Below, piece by piece: positions 58,266-64,000 of a stretch of DNA of 64,000 nucleotides (positions are counted from its first letter, which is position 1; each line of letters opens with the position of its first letter). This DNA is from Euzebya sp. Its GTDB lineage: Bacteria > Actinomycetota > Nitriliruptoria > Euzebyales > Euzebyaceae. Where the stretch lies: the NCBI GenBank assembly GCA_051004735.1, contig JBPCKA010000013.1, positions 1,099 to 65,098 on the forward strand, read 5' to 3'. The notes below the pieces were generated by a model. That model had not been told where the DNA came from. It saw only the letters and a program-made list of their open reading frames with translations, and did not search any database. The position numbers were made by a program, and so were the translations under genes.

Positions 58266-61200
58266 ATGGGACGTCGTTCACGAATCTGCCTGATGGTCCT
58301 GATCCTCATCGTGACCCTTGTTCCGGCTGTTCCTGTCGGGGCGGTGACCTTCTCCACAGGGTTCGAGATGTTCCCCGATGGTTCCCCGATCCCGTCGGGC
58401 ACGGTTGTCCGCAACGAGTTCGCGGCCGAAACCGGCCTCCGGTTTCCCAATGGGGTGGTGGTCTCAACCTGTGACGTGACGGGCTCGGCCTGCGACAACC
58501 CCGCACCACAGGGCACCAAGGCCGCGACCAGTCAAGCCGCCACGGAGTTCAGCCGCCAGCGGTTCGTCATGACCTTCGACGCGCCGCAGCGTCAGATTGC
58601 CTTCACCGTCGACGGGACCAGCATCGCTGACGGGACACGCATAGAACTCACCGCGATTGCCTTGGACAGCAGCGGCCTGTCGGTCGACCTCGAGCAGCAG
58701 ACCTTCCAGGACGCCAGTCCGACCCGTGTCACGCTGCAGCCTGCCGCCAGCGCCGATCCGCAGGACGTCATCACTCGCGTCGAGGTGTACTCCAACCTGG
58801 AAGGGTCATCAGCCGAGACCAACTTCATCGCCGTGGATGCACTGTCCTTCACCACCCAGGCCGCATCCGGGGGGCCGTCGGATACCACACCTCCGGTCTT
58901 TGAACGGATGGTGCTGAGCCAATCAGGTAACGACCTGATGGGCAGCGTCCGCGTGGTCGATGACGGAGCGCTGGCAACTGTTGCGGTGCAGATCGTCCGT
59001 CCCAACGGCGAGTTCGGGTCGACCTTTGCCACCGGATTTCTGTGCGGTGGCACGACCACACCCTGTGACGGAGGCGTCTATGACCGTACAGACACACTGG
59101 AAGCACCGATCCAACAGAGTGGGGAGTACCGCGTCCGCTGGCAGGCGTGTGACACCTTCGACAACTGCAGCAACACGTTGGACGAACGCCTGACAGTGAC
59201 CGCGCCGACTCCGCCGTCCACCGTGGCGGGCGCCCGACTCATCGGCTTGGAGGTGAATCAGGGGGTGCAGGGCAGACCACAGGTTGACAACGGCCTCAGC
59301 GACGGAACCGTCAGGTACTCCTCCACGGTCCCATTGGTGCAACGCAAGGCAATGCTGCTGCGCGGCTACTGGGGAACCACCGGGACGGGCGGGCGTGCGG
59401 CTCCGACGTTGCGGGTCCAGATCGAGACGACAGGCGACTATCCCGACCAGAACCTATTCCTGCGGATGTCTGACACCGGCCAGACAGACGTGGCGATCCC
59501 GACGGTCGCTGCTGACCGGTCTGATTGGTTTTCCACCATCCTCAGCCAGCGCATCGACCCGGCGGCGACCGGCAACTACGTCATTCCCGCCCCCTACCTG
59601 TTCCTGGCCGAACGGATCGTGGTGCAGGATCGGTGGATCGTGGAGATGGACCAGATGGCCCAGGTCGTCCTCAGCCCGGTCGGGATCATCGACACCACCC
59701 TGACAATGGGTGCAACCGTGACACCAGCGCAGATCCAGGCCGAGATCACGCCGTACCTGGACTCGGTGATCCCCGCAACTGTGACGCTGCGGTCCCCTCA
59801 GCAGATGGTCTGGCGTGGTCGGTCCAACTGGGAGCGCTTAACCGGCAAGAATCAATGCGAGTCGGTCCTGCGATCTCTGTTCTGGGCGTATGGCGGTAGA
59901 GACAACCCGCTGTACAACGGACCACGGTCGCAAAACACCAGGTTCGTCTCCGCCGCCTTCGTCAGGACCATCGACGGATGCGCCGGCATCGCGACTCGAC
60001 CAAACCGCCCCTTCCGTGACGTCCGGCGGTTCGGCGGAATCATGGTGTCGCAGATGGCCGGTGATGTCGCCGGCCAGGAACTGCTGCACACGATGGGGCT
60101 GATCCACGCCAGCAACGCGCACAACGAGGCCAGCGGGGGTGATGCAGAAGCGTCGTGGCCCTACGACCACGGGGCGATGAGCCCCAATGGCTATGAGAAC
60201 TTCGGGGCCTACCTCACCCCCTTGGAAGGGGAGCGAGACTTCCGGTTCGGCGTCACATCGGTGGACCCCTGCCCCGGTGCCGCGCCCGCACAACGTCTGA
60301 TGAGCGCCCCGGTCTGTGACCGGCTGGTGCGAGGCGAGGACAGCTACCGCCACGACCTGATGTCCTACGCAACGGGGCCAGCCATCCCCGGTGTCAACGG
60401 GGCGGCGTGGACCAGCGACATCACCTACCGCCGTGCCTACTCAGCCCTGGTGAACCAAACGATCGACCCCGCAATCGGATCCTTCACCCAGTCCGGTGAC
60501 ACCGGCGTCATACAGGGCTTGCTCATCAGCGGGAGTCTGGTCCCAGCGACCGGCGAGGTAGGCCTTGAGGCGGTGCTGACCAGACCCGTCGATGGCGCTG
60601 CCGCAACCGTGCCTGACGTCCCCGCAAGTGATGACACCGTGCTGATCGAACTGTTGTCCGGCGACGGCTCGGTGCTGGGGAGCCGCCGTGCCCCGACGTC
60701 CTCGACCGGCCACGCGGAGGACGCGCTGTTCATGGAGGCGATGCCACTGGTGGAGGGTGTGCAGACCGTGAGGGTGTCCAGTGCCACCTCCACCGACCAG
60801 CGGACGGCCTCCCCCTCGGTGCCGACGGTCACCATCGACCCGCCCGCGGTCGATGACACCCAGATCCAACTGACCTGGGCGGTGTCCGACGGTGACGGTG
60901 ACCCGATCGAGCAGTTGGTCTCGCTGTCGGTGGACGGCGGCGCCAGCTGGACGGGCCTTGCCGTCATCCCCGACGGCGAACCGGGTGAGCTGACAATCGA
61001 CAGGGCCCAGTTGCCGACAGGGCGAGATGTCGTCGTGGCCATCAGAGCCAGCGACGGGTTCACCACCACAACCCGGACTGTGGCACTGGGCCGTGGTGTC
61101 CAGCGAATCGCCGGGTCGAACCTGCGCGCTTCGGCCGTCGAGGCCTGTCAGGCAGTGGCGCCGAACCTTGCCAGGACAGTATTGCTGGCCCGTGACGACG

Positions 61201-62033
61201 TATTTGCCGATGCGTTGGCCGGCGCCCCACTGGCGGCGGATGACTCCTGCATCCTGTTCACGGAGGGCGGACCGGACGGTGCGTTGGACCCGGCGGTCCG
61301 GGCCGAGATCCAGCGTGTGCTGTTGCCAGGGTCCTCCGTCCGGATCCTGGGTGGCGACCAGGCCGTGTCGGCTGGGGTGGCAGAGGAGTTGGGCTTGGCT
61401 GGCTTCGTGGTAGAGCGGTTCTTCGGTCCGAGCCGATTCGAGACCGCAGTGGCCATCGCCCGTCAGGTCCGGCTGGAACATCCGGACAACGACGAGGTAC
61501 TGCTGGCCTACGGCCTGAACTGGCCCGACGCCGTGATGGCGGGCGCCTACGGCGCAGCCAGTGGAACGCCCATCCTGTTGACGGACACAGCGACCTTGCA
61601 TCCGGCTACTGCGGCGGCGATGACCGAACTGGGCGTCCAACGCACCCACGTGATCGGCGGGACTGCCGTGATCAGCGAAACCGCAGCGGGAGCGTCCCCC
61701 TCACCGCAGCGGGTGGCCGGCCCCAACCGGATGGCCACCGCGGCGGCGGTGGCGACCCAACTGTGGCCGGGCGTGCCGGCAACCGGCAACCGAGCGATCC
61801 TCGCCAACGTGGAAGTCGAGGATGGCTGGGTGCTGGCATTGGCCGCGGCACCTTTGGCGGCTGTCACGGGTGCGCCTGAACTCGGGTTGGGCAACGACCG
61901 CTACCCGACCGAGACCAGGGCAATCATCCAGGGCCTGAACTCCACCGACGGGCCGATTGAGATTGTCGTCATCGGCGATGAGGCCAGGGTGGCGGAAGGT
62001 CGCCTGAACGAGATTGCCGCCGATATTCCCTGA
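58266..62033 (+). CDS. Giant secreted multi-domain protein (about 1255 aa) with variant metzincin-like motif QELLHTMGLIH and three C-terminal CWB2 cell-wall-binding repeats
   Basis: ORF 58194..62033. Start at MGRRSRICLMVLILIVTLVPAVPVGA (signal peptide). Central QELLHTMGLIHASNAH resembles HExxHxxGxxH with the first His replaced by Gln. The C-terminal region repeats the LxRxxGxxRxxTAxxIA / FADALAGAPLA / TPILL pattern seen in the 6931-9207 protein. Confidence 0.65.
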   Translation: MGRRSRICLMVLILIVTLVPAVPVGAVTFSTGFEMFPDGSPIPSGTVVRNEFAAETGLRFPNGVVVSTCDVTGSACDNPAPQGTKAATSQAATEFSRQRFVMTFDAPQRQIAFTVDGTSIADGTRIELTAIALDSSGLSVDLEQQTFQDASPTRVTLQPAASADPQDVITRVEVYSNLEGSSAETNFIAVDALSFTTQAASGGPSDTTPPVFERMVLSQSGNDLMGSVRVVDDGALATVAVQIVRPNGEFGSTFATGFLCGGTTTPCDGGVYDRTDTLEAPIQQSGEYRVRWQACDTFDNCSNTLDERLTVTAPTPPSTVAGARLIGLEVNQGVQGRPQVDNGLSDGTVRYSSTVPLVQRKAMLLRGYWGTTGTGGRAAPTLRVQIETTGDYPDQNLFLRMSDTGQTDVAIPTVAADRSDWFSTILSQRIDPAATGNYVIPAPYLFLAERIVVQDRWIVEMDQMAQVVLSPVGIIDTTLTMGATVTPAQIQAEITPYLDSVIPATVTLRSPQQMVWRGRSNWERLTGKNQCESVLRSLFWAYGGRDNPLYNGPRSQNTRFVSAAFVRTIDGCAGIATRPNRPFRDVRRFGGIMVSQMAGDVAGQELLHTMGLIHASNAHNEASGGDAEASWPYDHGAMSPNGYENFGAYLTPLEGERDFRFGVTSVDPCPGAAPAQRLMSAPVCDRLVRGEDSYRHDLMSYATGPAIPGVNGAAWTSDITYRRAYSALVNQTIDPAIGSFTQSGDTGVIQGLLISGSLVPATGEVGLEAVLTRPVDGAAATVPDVPASDDTVLIELLSGDGSVLGSRRAPTSSTGHAEDALFMEAMPLVEGVQTVRVSSATSTDQRTASPSVPTVTIDPPAVDDTQIQLTWAVSDGDGDPIEQLVSLSVDGGASWTGLAVIPDGEPGELTIDRAQLPTGRDVVVAIRASDGFTTTTRTVALGRGVQRIAGSNLRASAVEACQAVAPNLARTVLLARDDVFADALAGAPLAADDSCILFTEGGPDGALDPAVRAEIQRVLLPGSSVRILGGDQAVSAGVAEELGLAGFVVERFFGPSRFETAVAIARQVRLEHPDNDEVLLAYGLNWPDAVMAGAYGAASGTPILLTDTATLHPATAAAMTELGVQRTHVIGGTAVISETAAGASPSPQRVAGPNRMATAAAVATQLWPGVPATGNRAILANVEVEDGWVLALAAAPLAAVTGAPELGLGNDRYPTETRAIIQGLNSTDGPIEIVVIGDEARVAEGRLNEIAADIP

Positions 62034-62060
62034 CGGGGCTTCGCCGCCCTCCGTCACCGA

Positions 62061-63374
62061 TCACATGGTGCGCGGCGGATCTGGTGGCCCCTCGGCCCCA
62101 GCCGCAACCGTCGCTGCGGAGGCGGGTCGCCGCAGAACCTCAAGGATGTTGACCCCGGTTGCGGTCTCGATCTGCTCGGCTATGGCGATCACCGCTGCCG
62201 GCATCTGCCGGGCGATCCCGGGAATCGACCCGGTCCCGTTGCCCGCCCCTCCACCGTCGATGACCGTGATCTTGTCGATGTCGATGTTGTCCACGGTCTG
62301 CACGATCTTGGTGACCAGGTCCGGCAGCATGTTGAGGATCAGGACATCGCGGGCGTCGGCGCCTGCTGCGGTGTACTGCGCGGCCAGCCGCTGGAACACC
62401 TCGATCTGGGCGTTGCCGTCCTCGATGATCGAGGAGGCCTTGCCTCGCGCCTTCAACTCCATGGCCTCGCGGTCGGCGCGGGCTGGCTCCAGCACGTCGG
62501 CCTCCAGACGACGACGTTGCAGTTCGATACGCGCGGTCTCAAGGTTCTGTTCGGCCTCGACGCGGGCCAGCTCGCTGGACACGCTTGCGCGCTTCTCCGA
62601 GGACATCGCCTCGGCGTTCAGTTCCGCCTGGCGGACCCGCAGTTTGTTCTCCTGCTCAGCAATGGCCAGGTCGGCCTTCACCCGGGCCAACTCACCGCGC
62701 TGGCGTGAGGAGGCCTCCGCCTCCTCAGCCTCGGCCTTCTGATCGGCCTCGGTCTCGCGAGCTTCGCGCAGCACCCCGGCAGTACGTCGACGTCCGACGG
62801 CCTCCAGATAACCGACCTGGTCGGTGACGTTCTGGATCTTCAGGACATCCAGTTCCAAACCCAGCTTGTTGATGTCGTCATCCGCCTCATCAATCAGGGT
62901 TTGGGCGAACTTCAGGCGGTCCTCGTTGACCTCCTCCGGTGTGAGGGTGGCCAGAACCCCGCGCAGGTTGGCCTCCAGGTTCTCCTTGGCGATCTGCTGG
63001 ATGTATTCCGAGGAACGGCCCAGGAACCGCTCGACGGAGTTCTCGAGCACTCCCTCACGGCTGGCGACCTTGATGTTGGCGACGCCCTGCACGTCGAGGG
63101 GGATGGCGCCCTTGGAGTAGGCGTTGGTGACCGACACCTCGATCGCGATGGTGTTCAGGTCCATGAAATCGACCTTTTCCAGCAACGGGATCCGCAGCGT
63201 CCGGCCACCCTTGATGACGCGATAGCCGACCCTGCGACCGTCGGCCAGAGTGCGGGAGCGTCCGGAGACCACCGCGACCCGGTTCGGTGGGCAGATGATG
63301 ATCAGGCTCTTTAACGCCACCGCCACGGTGAACAGCGCGATGACCAGGAAGACGGCAATGATGACGAACAGCAT
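62061..63374 (-). CDS. Flotillin / SPFH (band-7) family protein
   Basis: N-terminal TM, SPFH core (AISDGVTMG-like region replaced by ...IAIEVSVTNAYSKGAIPLDVQGVANIKV), long Ala/Glu-rich coiled coil (EAEEAEASSRQRGELARVKADLAIAEQENKLR...). Confidence 0.8.
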   Translation of the reverse strand: MLFVIIAVFLVIALFTVAVALKSLIIICPPNRVAVVSGRSRTLADGRRVGYRVIKGGRTLRIPLLEKVDFMDLNTIAIEVSVTNAYSKGAIPLDVQGVANIKVASREGVLENSVERFLGRSSEYIQQIAKENLEANLRGVLATLTPEEVNEDRLKFAQTLIDEADDDINKLGLELDVLKIQNVTDQVGYLEAVGRRRTAGVLREARETEADQKAEAEEAEASSRQRGELARVKADLAIAEQENKLRVRQAELNAEAMSSEKRASVSSELARVEAEQNLETARIELQRRRLEADVLEPARADREAMELKARGKASSIIEDGNAQIEVFQRLAAQYTAAGADARDVLILNMLPDLVTKIVQTVDNIDIDKITVIDGGGAGNGTGSIPGIARQMPAAVIAIAEQIETATGVNILEVLRRPASAATVAAGAEGPPDPPRTM

Positions 63375-63376
63375 GG

Positions 63377-64000
63377 CTATGACTCCTCTCCGATGTCGAG
63401 ACCGGCCAGTGATGCCACCAGCGCGGTCCCGCTTTGGATCTGCACGACGACAACGTGATCGCCCACGCCGAACTGATGCCCCTGGTTGTCCTCGTAAGCG
63501 CGGGCCACGACGTAGTGGGGCTGCCCGCTGAGGTCGACGCGGATTCGTCCACGCCGTCCCGGTTCGATGGGAAGCACGACCTTGGCAGGCTTGCCCACCA
63601 GGGTCGCATCTGAGATCTGTGAGTTGGCCTGCGAACCGCGCAGCAGCCCGAACAGCACAGAGTTGGCCACCGCGGCGGCCAACCCGATACCCGTGGCGGG
63701 GATCACCGCTGTCCCGGCGCCATAGTCAAACCCGGTCAGCACCAGCCCGGAGGACCCGAAGAAGGCGCTGAAGAACACCAGACTGCGAAACGACACCAGG
63801 CTGCTGAGCAGGTTGTCGACCCCCAGTCCATCGGCGCCGTCAGCCGACAATCCATCTGCCTCCACGCCACCTTCAAGGTCCATGTCGACATCGACATCAC
63901 CCGCGTCGAAGTCGAAGTCACCGCTGTCCAGTGCCCCCAGCAGCATCGGGATCAACAGGGACACACCGAAGATCGTGGCGGCCAAGAAGATCCAGATCAT
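63377..64000 (-). CDS. NfeD-family membrane protein (flotillin-associated, YuaF/YqiJ-like)
   Basis: N-terminal TM helices and C-terminal OB-fold-like beta region (GKPAKVVLPIEPGRRGRIRVDLSGQPHYVVARA...GDHVVVVQIQSGTALVA); ATG exactly at the window end; 3-nt spacing to the flotillin gene. Confidence 0.7.
   Translation of the reverse strand: MIWIFLAATIFGVSLLIPMLLGALDSGDFDFDAGDVDVDMDLEGGVEADGLSADGADGLGVDNLLSSLVSFRSLVFFSAFFGSSGLVLTGFDYGAGTAVIPATGIGLAAAVANSVLFGLLRGSQANSQISDATLVGKPAKVVLPIEPGRRGRIRVDLSGQPHYVVARAYEDNQGHQFGVGDHVVVVQIQSGTALVASLAGLDIGEES

Noticed and set aside
59990-60090. The QELLHTMGLIH motif as a bona fide HExxH zinc site
   Set aside because: The first His is missing (Gln instead), so I do not call the protein a metalloprotease; it is reported only as a variant motif.

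Overview
High-GC (roughly 68-70%) actinobacterial chromosomal segment that is densely coding. Working from the six-frame track and direct reading, I can support about 60 protein genes, an SRP RNA, a tRNA-Ser, several decayed gene remnants and a set of regulatory palindromes that no ORF explains.

The window divides into these blocks:
- 1-9.3 kb: housekeeping and accessory genes, namely rimK, a hotdog thioesterase, DUF998 and DoxX membrane proteins, a GH13 alpha-glucosidase broken by one in-frame TAG, a tandem-USP protein, a HadAB-like MaoC dehydratase pair, an MscS remnant, and a large secreted CSLREA/beta-helix protein with three CWB2 cell-wall-binding repeats.
- 9.8-27.8 kb: an 18-kb co-directional minus-strand array with translational-coupling overlaps throughout. 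It reads asparaginase-II family, SMP-30 lactonase, GH78 alpha-L-rhamnosidase, cyclase, alpha/beta hydrolase, then two complete peptide/opine-type (family 5 SBP) ABC transporters, one with OppBCDF-like subunits and one with a fused double ATPase.
- 27.9-42.4 kb: a catabolic island under one IclR regulator. It holds an N,N-dimethylformamidase large-subunit homolog translationally coupled to a three-subunit XDH/CoxSML-type molybdenum hydroxylase; a SnoaL, class-III aminotransferase, SDR and IlvD/EDD dehydratase operon; the IclR gene; and a gentisate pathway module (MBL hydrolase, gentisate 1,2-dioxygenase, FAH-family hydrolase, DinB-like putative maleylpyruvate isomerase). Four copies of a (G)CAGAAT-N3-ATTCTG(C) inverted repeat sit in the promoter regions of these units and of both ABC transporter operons. 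I read this as one previously undescribed regulon.
- 42.4-57.9 kb: conserved actinobacterial core (asd-ask, soxR with a MerR-type 19-bp-spacer promoter, queA, a PadR/HAAS sensor pair with a perfect operator palindrome, ptrB, GNAT, recR-ybaB-dnaX, SRP RNA, Lon-like S16 protein). It is interrupted at 48.5-50.3 kb by a small accessory patch: a ParE-like toxin/antitoxin pair whose toxin ORF runs into an IS110-like transposase C-terminal remnant, plus 40-bp direct repeats.
- 58.0-64.0 kb: tRNA-Ser(GGA), followed by a giant secreted protein of about 1250 aa with a variant metzincin-like motif and CWB2 repeats, then a flotillin/NfeD operon.

No CRISPR array, intact IS element or integrase was found.
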